DNA from: Kudoa neothunni
Taxonomy: Eukaryota; Animalia; Cnidaria
Direction of reading: 5' to 3'
DNA length: 64,000 bases
NCBI GenBank assembly: GCA_964304625.1
Contig: OZ199840.1
Location: forward strand, 7,819,744-7,883,743
Position numbers and translations under genes: made by a program. Shown here piece by piece: positions 11,377-24,501 of the stretch. Below the pieces are notes generated by a model. That model worked only from the letters and a program-made list of their open reading frames with translations. It was not told the DNA's origin and made no database searches. The first letter of the stretch is position 1; every line of letters starts with the position of its first letter.

Positions 11377-14300
11377 ATGATCCAATCGGACGATTCTATT
11401 GTTTCACTTGGAACATCGGATAATGTAGAGTTTGGCCTCACGACGGTTCCGATTGTCACTAATGTATGTCTTTAACTGCTCAATTGCCACTGTTATTAAT
11501 TAATGATATTAGTGTAAAAAATTAGTTGAATGCCCTAAAAATAATCAACTAGCGTGCCTTGGGTAATATATCTTTTGGTGAAAATACTAAAATTGTTTAC
11601 TTGAAATTTTTCTCTCTTTTTAGCAATACAGCAGGATTAATATTTAACAAAAATAAAACACTAAAAACCTATAAAATTGTTGATGAATTCGTTCTCAAAA
11701 ATTCCACAAATGGTGACTCATTTTTTCTTTGGGATCCATTCCATCCAAAGAAATATGTGTTGGCTGTAATGATTTCCTATTAGGCTCATCTTAGAAATAT
11801 GTTTAGTGCAACAACCTTATCACTTTTCACAGCATGGATAGATCGAAGAGTAATCGTCATCCAATTTGTACATATTCGAATATTTCGTAATTAAATTGAT
11901 TAGAACTATTTATAATTTATTTATTTATTAATTTAATTAATTAATTAATTAAATTATAAACTCATAAATTCCAACGCTAGATTTAAATATTAATAAGTCC
12001 TACTGAGGATATCGACCAAAATAGGCCTCATTTTGTCATAAAAAATCCTAAATTTGTTATCACTAACTTATTTTTGTAGTTATTCTTGGAAATACTATAT
12101 AATATAATAGTTGAAGATGATAACCAATAATTAAGTTAACGGCGGCTTTTCCGCCTTGTTAGGCGACCTCTACATTATTTTACTGTAGGACCTGCACGGT
12201 CCCGCGTGTGTTTATTCTGAGTCTACGTGAGCGTGATTGAAAACGCAATAATAATTCAATTGGTTTTGATGTTATTTGACATTTGATGGTTATGATAATT
12301 AATATAAATAGAATTTCAGGCGGGAATTCTTTTCTAAAAGAGGTTGTTTCATTAAAACGTCATCCCAACTTTACGGTAAAATGTATTCACCTAATAACCT
12401 TTTTATGTGTGAAACTAAATTTTAAACCGGAATTACTTGAAGATTTTACATTTGAAATTACATACAGTAATGCTATGGGGGGGGGCAAAATATTTCACCT
12501 CATGCACGATAAATAACAACACCCGTAAATGGGGGTTATAATACGCGCTCATGTGTCAAAGTTTTACGTTCACTACAATGATAACTAGGATAATAATCGT
12601 ATATTTTTAACTGAGAATCTTTTTACATTAATGATCATAAGAAAAAGTTTTTCCTGACATTAGACATATCGTAGGAGGGATTCTAGAGGATATTAAAACC
12701 GATAAATGTAAACGAACATGAAGAAATTCAATGTTTCATATTTATATATTAAAAAATAAAGAACTGTGATTTTATAAATAATGGTTAAAAATTTGGCAGC
12801 GTCCATTGGTCGTCCAGAATTTAATCCTTGTCATAAAGTTATGATATTAATTAATTATTTCAACCTAAGCGTGTAAAAATTAATCAGACATTATAATAAG
12901 CTATAGTGTTTCTTACAAATAGTTAATGTATATAATCTATAAAGAGAAATTAATAGAATAAAACAACGTCTGCACACGTAAAATGTATGATTAACCATTT
13001 TGAGCCAATTTTAACAACGCAGAAGTATTGATAAAACACCACATATTCAGAAGTATAGTTTACAGTATTGCTATCCCGAATCAAGGTGATATCGTAGAGT
13101 AGTCCATCGCTTAATAGATTATTCTATGAAATATTCAATTTTTTTTACGCAATTAAGTTAAAGTGGATCTTACCGAATTCTTCGCAAGTCAATGAAACAA
13201 TGAGAACACTGAAATATATTTTATCTATAGTAGTAAAAATGTGGAAAACATCATTTGTATTTGAAGCACCTTAAATTTTCAGTTTCTAGCAAAAAGTCCA
13301 TGGCTTTCTCGAGTAAGTTATTGCAATTATACCTTATTAACAAACAGTCAATTATTTAAATAATACTTCTTATGGGCCCTGAAATTCAGTAGAACTAGTG
13401 AAATATTGTATAACAAAATTATTCAGGTGATAAAATGAAAAGTTGTATTTTCTGGAAATATTATTACTAATTCTGAATTTTATCTCGCTTCGACTTTATA
13501 AAAGCAATATAATATGAGATCGACTTTTTCTATCTCACCATTTTTATCAGATTATGAGAAAGATTTAAAATTGAGATTAGAGTTCTCATCAAAATATCAG
13601 TTATAAACATTTCATATAAAAACGTTTCTAAATTAGTTTCATTATTTACGATAACAATACGAAATTGTACTAGTTACTCAAACATTTAATTGGAATAAAT
13701 AAGTATCATATAGAACCTAAGTGTTTACGATCGAAACTTAAAATTTAATTCGACGTCAAACTACCTTAAAAATAGATAATAATTTTTAAGAAGCATTTCC
13801 ACTTCTGCTTCAGTTATGCTCATTTAATATTGACGACCCTTATAGTGAATCCCAAAAATTTTTAAATTTTAATCAACTCAACGGGTTTTCGTTGCTTTTT
13901 CGGCTAATGAAAAATTCAACTACAATTCGTTAAACATTTAATATTTCATTAAACAATTACATTTGTGTTATTTATTCATGATTAAATACATATATATATA
14001 TATATATAAATTATAAAGAAAATCCAAACTTTGGACCTACCTGTTATGGGTTAAGCAGAAATAAAGTATTGGTTATTTACTCTAGATAATAATAATCTTC
14101 AGAATAAATACTGACTAGAAAAATGGATTTTAAAAGAATGTGCAAAAATTGCCATTCGTACTATGATGTATTTTTTTTGATGGATGTATTAAATGTCCAT
14201 CGTTATTAGCTTGAGTAAATTAGAAATTTTACAATATTTTATAGCGATCTTTCACCATCAATGATTGTAAAAATTATATATAACTCATGTCCCTATGAAT

Positions 14301-17300
14301 TTATTTATTTATATTGAATATATTTTTTTAAAAAGTATATTTTAAATTCAAACTTTTATTACAAAATATCTATAATTATTTGTTTAATTGATTTTACCAA
14401 CGTATTTTTAATCTCTTCGCGATTATTTTGAAAATATGACCGAACCCTGTGGAAATTTAACATCATTAGCTTTCTCACATATAACATTTTTAATGAGTGT
14501 AATTTGGTAAGAATTATAATAGCTCATAAACAAGATAAAAACAAAATTTGAGTTTTATATTTGATCAAAAAATTGGGTGAAAAATTTATCCCACCATTTT
14601 TTCAGCTTATTCGAAATAAAAATAACAATAAGTACTTCGGATGACAGAAAATTAACTTTTGATATTCAGTGATCACCAATATTAGTGAATTCATTTCTAG
14701 TGGTAATCAGCATATTTTTTAAGTGTTAAGAATTTTGTAGCATAATATAAATGTTGCCATAAATGAGGGTTTCCATACATTTTTTCTTTCACATTCTTTT
14801 ATTTACTTATTCAATTCAAAGGTATCTTGGTTTTTCTCCTCATTCATCAAGACAACTTCTAAGCATAACCAACAAGGGATTTCTACATTTTTGGGATGTC
14901 AAGTAATAACCATATCATATTTGTTTAATTATCAGTTTGAATACCATTTAGCGATAGAAAAATAACTCCAATTTTAACATTCAACACGAAAGGTTTATTG
15001 AAACATAAATACATAATGATTATTATTGTTTGTTTAAAATTGATAGATCCTGATAGTGTATTGGCTTGGTGCCCATCTAATGAATTTGTTTTTGTGACTG
15101 GGTTTGGCTCTATAATCAAATTTTGGGATACCAGAGTATGGATTAATTCGAATAATATTTTTCCTCATGGCGTCCTTTTAGAAACACACCAAACCTGTCT
15201 GTTCCGAAGATACAAAACATGATTACATCGACCAAATAGCATGGGAACCCCAATACAAAGGTCATCTTATAACTTGCGACCAAGAAACACACATCAAAGT
15301 ATATGATTTGATTTTTATGAGGTTGATAATAATACAGAAATGGAATCTATCGTTTTTCGATCAACCTTCTAGTCGAGTAGTTTTGAACTATTCTTGTGTG
15401 AACTTCAAATACATTGTAAGTGTAACTGCTTATTTGTCTCCTTAGTGACTTTATGAATTATTAAAGAAAAACACCAAATACATTCTAACCATACCAAGAG
15501 TGATCCATAAGAAGGAGATAAGCGAATTAAATTTTCATATTCCATACAATGACGAAAAATTTTATTTTTTGTTATTGATCGACTTGGAAGTGAATAAAAC
15601 TTACAAGCTACCAATAGAGAACAATCATAGCCATCCAGTGGATTTTATTGCAAATATGATCGGTAACTATTTGTCTAAGTCGACGCTTCCCTGGTGTGGA
15701 TAAAATGAGTTTTATTTTATTAATTATGTGGGGAGTTTCTATGGGACTATAATTCACAAAAAAATTTTAAATAATCCGTTTTTTTTTTCAAATCTACTCT
15801 TTTTTATTTATTATACGTTTTAATGTAACTGGCTGATCTTTTTTTAAAATTATTGATAATCTTACGTAAATTAATGTGAAAACCGACTAATTCTCGTTTT
15901 TTTAATAATTTTTCGAATAAAATTATGAGTCAAAGCGATATTTAATAATTATATCTAATCTAGAGAATAAAAAATAATAAATTATTGTATTCATAAATTA
16001 AAGAAATAATCATGTTCAAACTCAACATTTAGACGCGAAAAATTTATTTTCATGCATTACTAAATATTTTAATTTGAAAATTATATAGCACATTAAATGT
16101 TTTCAATAGAATTCAGTACTTGATGATATTCTCTTAGACATTTGTTATAGATATGATTGGTTTATTTTTAAATATAAAAATTTCCCACCCATCCATCGGA
16201 GTTTTTTTAGAAGAACTATTAGATAAGCTGGGAAGCGCTCAGCTTATCTATTATATTGATATAAATTGATTTTTAAGTCACATAGATTGTTTAAAATTAA
16301 ATTATAAATTAATTCGAGGGTTTAATTTGTAACTTTTCAATTTTTAAGACAACGATATGATTTCGATAATGATTCTACTTGATGGAAATACAATTATCGA
16401 AAGAAGTTATAGCCTAGTTAACGTTTCTGCCGTTGCTTTCGTAAGACAATTTTCACTTTGTGGATATTTGTATTTCATTCGGTCGGATAGACAATGGATG
16501 ATGGAACAAAAACGGAAAGATCCCTTTTTAACAATGATATTTATTTCACCGTTGAAGATGGCCCATTTGAATCGAACGTGTTACGCTCTCAGACATGGGA
16601 GATATTGGAGAAAAAGTTTTCCCAACCTAGATGTTCACGTTCACCCATAGTAATTGGAGGAGGGTGTGTAGTATTTAATTAAATCGATATTCAAGACCTC
16701 TACTAAAGACTCCTGTATAACATCATATAAAATACAATGCCAAAAATCCTACGATAAATTGGACCCCTCCATAAAAGGTGTAAATGAGAAAAATTATATA
16801 TCCAGAGAAACCCTGGCAACTTCTGAAGTGGAGGAATTACATTACACACACTTAGGTTAGTATTTTGATTTCTGGATTAATGCTGTTTGTTGGAGGAAAC
16901 ATTTTTTGAAACCAATTTCGATTAGATGCTATCCTACGCAACCAGTCCAAAATTCCTATTGATATTCTATATGATAATGATATTTTGATAAACATTGTAA
17001 ATGGATTAAACCACATTAAAACCCTTTTCGTGGACTGTCTAACACTTTCTGTGGTACAGGTTTTCTACTTTTATTACAGAGTATCAAATTCGAACTCACC
17101 TATTACAACATAGAGCTACATCAGTAACACCCGAGTGGATCTCGTTATTTCTACTCTAAAAGATTCTCGTCCTATCATTCAAATTGTAACCGAGATTTTC
17201 TCTAACTCTAACACCAGATACGCCCACAAAATTGTTCCATTGGTAACGATGAGTGCTGAAATTATTTTCAAATACTCTCAAGTAACTCACTTAAATTGGT

Positions 17301-18749
17301 AATGACTAATGTGGCTGTTCTAATACAGATAATGAATTGCCGTTGTGTCAGTTGTACGCAATTACGCCAACGAAATGACTTGAATAGATCTTCATCGACT
17401 GAAACTGTGGTTAATTGTTATAAACCCAATCTTATAAAGCTGTGTAAAGTGATCCATGAGGACACCCAGTCGAGTGTAGTTACCGATCTTATCATAGCAA
17501 CGGATACCTTTATATATTGTTGTAGAGCCCAGTAAAAAATCAACCAATTGATAGGTCCAACTTCCCTACACAAATACTAAATAGATGCACCATAAACTTT
17601 CTAAATGATGGTATATTAATATTTGATTAGAAAAGTGGGGGAATATGTGTTGTAGGTCGTCTCTTGGTATTGGTGAACAAATTGTCAAACAATTATAATC
17701 CCTTCGATAAATCGTAATTTATTTTAGAATTAATTTAGATTTTTCGGTTAAAAAAATTAGGTATCCTTTATATTACTCAACGGTGATTATATATGATGAT
17801 CCGATCCGCGCCTCTAATTTTGTGGGAAAAAATGATGTCCAACTCAAGTAATCACGTAGGATTGACTTGGTAGATAAAATTGTGATTTCTGTAGTGATAA
17901 TTTTTTAAATAAATTCAATCACGTTGTTAGTGGATTCTGTGATAAACAAAATTTGGACAAGTTTTACCCTCTTATAAGTGCCCTCATTAAAAACCTAAAG
18001 TAAAACCTAATCTTGAACTATTGAATTGGTATTATTTTTGGTAACAACTTTAAAGGGGAATTGCAGACAACTTTGAATATTTCTACAAGGACTTGCTCAA
18101 CTATTATACAAAGTTGTTGTTGAAGAAAAACAAAAAATTAATTGTCGATCTGCTGCAAACCCACCCTGAGTATACCATAATTATGCAAACCATGAAAGAC
18201 TCATTCAATGCATTTTATTCATTGAATTATTACAAAAAATTTAATCCACAAACTATGGCGATCCTTAATAAATTTTTTGTATGTCCAAAAAATGAACAGA
18301 ACACTCTATCTACAGTCTCAGAAATAACCACTCCAACAGATAAATGTATTATTTATTGTGAATAGAATTTTAAACAATACTTTTATTTAACTGAATGAGT
18401 TTTAACTTAATTTATGTGGTAGAACAGTTTTCTATAATTTTGTGATTAATTTTGGCTCTATTTAGCTGAGACAATTTTCACTGCAAACCTTCAAGTTATG
18501 TTCCATGAGTCGGATAAATGTGCAAGCGAGTTCCAAAATCAACGTTCAGTCTCCAACATGAGATTTTTTTACTGTATTATCTGTGAAAACGTTGTGGATG
18601 GAGGCCTGTTTACTTTTTGTTATCAGTGTGGGCATGGGGGTCATTATCAACACATTGAGGAATGGGTTTGTTATTGCATAGAATCTGGCATGATCCCTTG
18701 CTGCCCTATTTGTGGTGACTGTTATTGCTTTGAACCTATATATTGTTAG
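11377..18749 (+). CDS. WDR59: WDR59-like (Sea3) GATOR2 subunit: N-terminal WD40 repeats and C-terminal Cys/His zinc finger; many exons, start and internal boundaries partly uncertain
   Basis: Spliced WD40 segments: FLWDPFHPKKYVLA, GFSPHSSRQLLSITNKGFLHFWDV, LAWCPSNEFVFVTGFGSIIKFWDTR, HDYIDQIAWEPQYKGHLITCDQ. The terminal exon CIICENVVDGGLFTFCYQCGHGGHYQHIEEW..CCPICGDCYC is the GATOR2-type finger. WDR59 is favoured over WDR24/MIOS on WD-repeat resemblance only. Confidence 0.7.
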
Positions 18750-19249
18750 ATTTTTTATTAATTTATATATTTTTTTGTCAATTATAATGTTAAATTGATT
18801 AGTTGGTTATATTTTAGGTTCAACTAGGCCGTAAATTTATATCAAATAATGGCACGGAAGGAAATTCTATCAGCTTGCACTTGTTGAATATTAATATGGA
18901 TTTTATATGATTTTATATTATCTCTCTTAAAAAATTAAGTGAAAGTATCGTTTTGAGGTTATATACTAGATAGAGATTACGGTGACAAAAGAACTCCAGA
19001 GCTGGGGATGTGTCAATTCGTTCATGTCTATTATGCCGTGTAAGGATTATTTTGTTCGCTCTAAATGACTATTTATCATTTTTTGAATTTAAAATAAATA
19101 AATTATTTTATCTCGAATATATGCCGACGAAACGTAAAGTTTATATCAGCGTTTCCCAATTCATTTTAGGTTCCATACCCTCTGTCACTGATGAGGACAA
19201 CTCCGCCACTCTTTTCGAAGGAGAAATTATAAAACTGATTTATCTATGG

Positions 19250-20758
19250 CAGTGTTTCCCTACAGGAGGTGTCCGCACCCCCTAGGGATTACGGAGGTCA
19301 TTCAAAAAAAATTTTTAAAATTAATCTTAGTTTTTTCATTTCGTAATTTTCGTTAGTCCCCGTTTAAATCATGTAGGGACGTAATGCGTACAATAATATT
19401 TCTGGTTGTTTTGATATCAATCAATTTCGATTGAAAAATGGGATTTGATAATTCATTTAATTTATAATTTATTCTGTTTGATTCTATGAAATAGCGCAGT
19501 GAGATAATAGTTTATATTAAGCTTGTTCAGCTTACAAAATCTAACTATCGCTATTTTCATTTAAAATCGTAACTTTGTTATCTTTCAAAATAACATATTT
19601 ACACGCTTAAGCTGTAATTAGGTTGTCGGCATTTTTATCTATTTAGAAGTAATCTATATCCATAAAAATAAAACCACGAAGTAACTATAACTTTGTCTTC
19701 TGTCTAAATTTGAGATCCATTATTTAATTGTGTATTTTTTATTATGTTACGTTTCAAGTTTTACTTTAGAATTTGTCGCTTGCCTCTGATATAAATCTAG
19801 GTTAAATTGTTCTTTAAAGTATAGGTAAAAAAAGATCAAAGCATTCATTTATGCACATCAATAAATGAATGTCAATTTTAATAATATATATTAGTTATTT
19901 TAGTCAAGTGTATTTAGAAGGCACATTTTTTGAATCTATTGAATTTTTATTAACCCACTGCCTCGAAATCTAAGTAACATATGACTCAATATAGCGTAAG
20001 GAAATTGCTAGATTTATTCAACGTAAGATAGCATATGAAACAAGCTTATCGACCTCATTATATACAAATAATAAGTATTGGAATTCATTAAACCTCAAAC
20101 GATTTTCAAATATCATTTACTAACAATGTGCCACGCTTTGAAATGCTTACGAAAACCCAGCGAAAGCAAGAGAACCACCAGATCAATTAAATACTAAATA
20201 ACAAATGATTTTGAAATAATGTTTCTTGTGAACTGTTAGAATGTAAGAATGGGCTATTTTTATTTGGCTCATTTATTTTTCACATTTATGTATAGAATTT
20301 AATTAAGCGAACATAGTTTTTATAGTTTAGTATTAAGTTGATATTCATCTTTTACGTCTACTATTTTGTAATAATAATAACATAACTTATTAGAATTATT
20401 TATTATTTTACATAAAAATGGTATATATAAGTATTAATTAATAATAGCTCCAATCATTGTGTGTTAAGTCATGAGGAATGAGAAGACATGGTTCATCATT
20501 TTTCAATTATACATAGCAAATTAAGTTGACCAAAACATTTCGGTTTTAATTTATTTTAGAAATAAATGAGAAAAGTTAAAATATAAACTAAAATAATAAA
20601 AATTCTAATTTTAATTCGATATTTTTTATTGGTATTATTATTTTCGCATTTAAATAAAAAATATAATTGAGTCTTGACATTCAGATGGAGGAGTGGGTGC
20701 GAAGTGAGCGCGGAAATTAGAATGGGGGTACGGATGTATAATTTGTAGGGAGATACTG
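19250..20758. mobile_element. hAT non-autonomous element
   Basis: TIRs CAGTGTTTCCCTACA... and ...TGTAGGGAGATACTG. The TSD is ATCTATGG / ATCTATAT (6 of 8 match). Confidence 0.85.
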
Positions 20759-21035
20759 ATCTATATTATAAATGCAATCATCATATTATCCTTCACATAA
20801 ATTTTAAAGTTGAGAATGCCATTCAGAACTTGTACATGGGTAAATGTCAGCCGCTTCGTCATTCAAATTTATTTTATTATTAATAAAACCTCGATTAAAA
20901 ACACCTAAACTACTCATATGTTGCATTTGATGGTAAATTCTTTCCTCTGTCAATTTCGTTTCTCGTATCAATGACGTCGGCGGCAGTCAAGTCAATTTTT
21001 TTGGATCACACCCAGCATATCCAATTATAGTCAGA

Positions 21036-21262
21036 TTAATCGAGAGAAATATTGGTGCCATAATTTAGATTTTTCCAATTTTGACAAACTAATCCTCCCT
21101 CAATCATTTCTGTAATTTTTTCTTCAATTTTTAAAATACCATTAGGAATGGATATCGCTGATATTTTAAAATGCTTCATAGTAGCAACATTCGCGCCTCT
21201 TGGGGTGATACCATGAAAATATTTTATAATTTTATATTTCTCTTCGATCGTTCGATTCTTAG

Positions 21263-21293
<31 letters not shown>

Positions 21294-21299
21294 AGCCAT
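21036..21299 (-). pseudogene. Possible pogo/CENP-B-type transposase N-terminal HTH remnant, interrupted by a (TA)n tract
   Basis: SKNRTIEEKYKIIKYF....NVATMKHFKIS resembles the psq-type HTH of pogo/Tigger transposases. No confident TIRs or DDD domain were found. Confidence 0.35.
21266..21292. repeat. (TA)n microsatellite
   Basis: About 13 consecutive TA units. Shorter tracts lie near 13990-14008 and 31961-31978. Confidence 0.95.
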
Positions 21300-22033
21300 T
21301 TACGTCACTTTTATGAAAACTATAAGTCAAATGGAGTTAGAATAGGTGCCTAAAATTGGCAAATTACGCGATATTTATATCGCAAAATTTAGGATCATAT
21401 AAAAGTTTTTCGTTTAAATTTATAAATGAGTGTGTTGTTAAGTATATTATTTATTTATGATAGATTCTGAACAATAAGTGCGACTTTTAAAAGTGCAAAA
21501 AACCGGTCACTGACTGTATAACCATTTTTTTATTTCTAAGACATTTAAGTTGGCATATAATTGTTTTATGTAGTAAATATGACTGTAATTTTTACGATGG
21601 ATAATAATTGGCGTTTGCGGCCATTATTATTTATTTGCAATGACAACTATAAGAGAAAAAGCACATATAGACGTATACTTTAATTTTCCACGCACACATC
21701 GTTGTTGTGGAAAGAGACTTTGTCATTGTTTTTGGTTATTCATTCAATATTTGCGCTATAGAATTTTCTTAAATTTTTGGAATTGATATTTATCGATATT
21801 ATAAATGATTTTTAAGAGGAAAATAAAGAGTATATTTCTATTCAAATTTTATTTAGAGGGTATTTTTGCATTATCTTTATTGAGATGATAAAAATAATGT
21901 CAGTTTGTTTTTCTGATAGCTTCCATAAAGATAAACAATTAAAAAACTTAATAGAAGCAATTTTATATTAATAAGATATAATATTGTTTGAAAAATTTAC
22001 TTGGGATAGAAATCAACTCCATTTTACTCAGAG

Positions 22034-22427
22034 CAGGGGTCCTCAACCGGAGATAGATTTCGGGTAGTAGAGGGTAAACTAAACGAGATAAAAATTGGAT
22101 ACCAACAATTTTTGCATATTTTGATTTGTCACGTAGTTAAGTATTTCTAGGAGTTATATTATTCTGGAAAATTAAACTCAATTTAGATGTTGACAAAAAT
22201 GCTTAAACTGTTTTTTGGAATAAGTATTTAACAACTAATTATAAAAATACTATCAGTCTTTTTCTTTTATGCCTAGTTGATCTTTTAAAGATGTAGTCTA
22301 TTAATACTTAAACAACTATACAATCTTGAAGTAGATGTACGTTTAGCTTTCAGGCTAAAAGGGGTAAATTTGGATTTTTCACCAGACCGAGAGTGTAAAT
22401 TTAAAAAAAAATAGTTAAGAACCCCTG
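22034..22427. mobile_element. hAT-type MITE (~394 bp)
   Basis: TIRs CAGGGGTCCTCAAC... and ...GTTAAGAACCCCTG. The TSD is degenerate: ACTCAGAG / ATTTTGAG. Confidence 0.8.
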
Positions 22428-22899
22428 ATTTTGAGGATTAATTAATTCTTCTCATTATATAATGAAATTAATTCTGATAATTGATCTGCTAAAAAATAAA
22501 AGCGATATTATCCAGATTAAAAATGTTATTAATCAGTTTATAACAATCTTATTAGGATGAGGATTTTATTCTAAGTGTTTATTTATATGAATATAGTTTT
22601 AATCTACAAAATATTAATTCCTTCAATACCAATTTATGGAATACGTATGTGTAATAATTTCTAAATTATTTTGTTGACTATATATTCGTTATTATTGGAA
22701 AACTTTATACAATTTTCAAATTCAAAGCTTCTTAACAGTAAACATTAGGTCTAAGTCTGAAGGAGATGATTTCTATTGTTGTTATAATAATTAAAAATAT
22801 ACGTGGCTATTGATACGCTTAGGTAATAGACCAGATAACGCAAAATCTTTTTAATTCTCATAAAAACGTATGGTTCTTCAACATCGAAAATTCTACTAG

Positions 22900-24501
22900 C
22901 ATTACAGCCTAGCTCACTCCCAAATAGATGCATTTCTTTACCAAACCCACATCACAATCAAAAATATTAACATTTTTGCGGAGACTACAAATTTATCTAT
23001 TATTTTGTAATAAAAAGCTTGGTAAAATAACGTGTGTATTTATTATTTATTTGGTCTCTTATATATTTAAGTATGGGACAAAATGAAGTAATTAGATCCC
23101 TCCAAACTTTAGCCTCATACTTCGTCCAACTACACACACCAACTCTCTAATAGGATAATTGTAAGAAACATGATTTGTTTATTTGAAAAAACCAGGATAT
23201 CACCCATAGTTACTGTTCGATGTTAATTTGATAAACTATATTTAAATGTAATCACAACAAATGTGTTTAACACAAGATTAATTCTAATCAAATAAATTGT
23301 ATACATAACGTTATATTGTTTTCGCGAATAGCCTCTAAGACATTTTGGAATAATATCGAAATCAAACCCAACAACACCCCTCAAATGATGACCAAATTGA
23401 AACTATCTCTATATCCCAGATTCAATCCCGACGTATTTAGATGTTTGGTGAATGATATCAAAAACCATTTCAACAGTCTTGGTGTCTCTTCCTATAATAT
23501 AATTGACCACGGCTGCACCGCCGACAGCGTAGAGTCATTGATTATTGTAATACTTCAAAATGGAGCTATTCTGTCACATTTTATCAATGAATTCTCTGGT
23601 ATCATATTCATCTATAACATTGGTCCTATTTGAGATCATAATCTAATGATTGATCAATTTGTCTAACGATTTATTCGTATTCGTTATAAAGTGTGCATTT
23701 TAGGTGAAAAGTATGAAAACTATTGGATCGATATCGATATTATGTATGAATATTTCATCTATTAGTTTCTAATGAATTTGCATAATAAATTGGAAGTAGA
23801 GGTCCGCTTCAACTTCTTGACCACAACAACATCTCACTCGATGATTTATATTACGGAAGGAAATCATCGACTTTAGCTCAATCATTATATTGCCCTATTT
23901 TTCGTTTTACCGAAACCGAAAGACCAGAAAATTTTTACTATTACTCAAAGTAAACTATTGGAGGCTAAATTTCCGTTTTGATTCTGATATATCTAGGCTG
24001 AACAAAGATTTAATAGAATTGTACAGGGTTAACGCCGTTATTTTGTCCTGTAGAATGGTTTTTGATTATGGAGATTTGAACAGAATCGTTGAGCAACCAT
24101 ACAACCTACTTTCTTTCATTGAGCAAATATCCGATTCAAAGTAGTTTATATTGGGCTGATGTTGTCCTACCATACGTGATGTCTCGATTAGAATCTATAT
24201 ACAAGACATAGATCTGATAGAGCAAAATAACTGCGTAACTAATAATTACTTTTTAATCCAAAACATTAATGTTTGTTTACTTTCCAATAATTTGAAGGTA
24301 TAATTTAGGTTTTAGCTGTGGTGGGAGGTTTGAATGAAGTCACTTTTGGTTGTAAAATGCTAATCCAATTAATCTCGGCTTCTCCAGAGGAGTTCTCATT
24401 TGATCATTGGTATTTTTAATAATTCAACTAACTGCGTTACATCTTGAGATTTACTTCTTATTATGATATGGGTTATATTGGCTATTTAGAAGTATATTGA
24501 T
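22900..24501 (+). CDS. Multi-exon gene of uncertain product, probably with degenerate KH-fold domains; both ends uncertain
   Basis: A frame-compatible GT-AG chain runs from ~23332 to ~24410: ...INEFSG|EKYENYWIDIDII|GPLQLL...YYSK|LNKDL...RMVFDYGDLNRIVEQPYNLLSFIEQISDSK|IYIQDIDLIEQNNC|VLAVVGGLNEVTFGCKMLIQLI. The last ~65 aa follow the type I KH hydrophobic pattern without GxxG. Confidence 0.5.

Noticed and set aside
19188-19235. Hammerhead-like core CTGATGAGGACAACTCC
   Set aside because: The putative stem II is followed by GCCA rather than GAAA, and no stems I/III with an NUH site can be formed.
23330-24500. TruD/PUS7 or MRPL39 identity for the orphan gene
   Set aside because: Only scattered short resemblances (GCTAD, YYG, IDI..GPL) and no intact catalytic motif. 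The KH-fold pattern explains the C-terminal part better.
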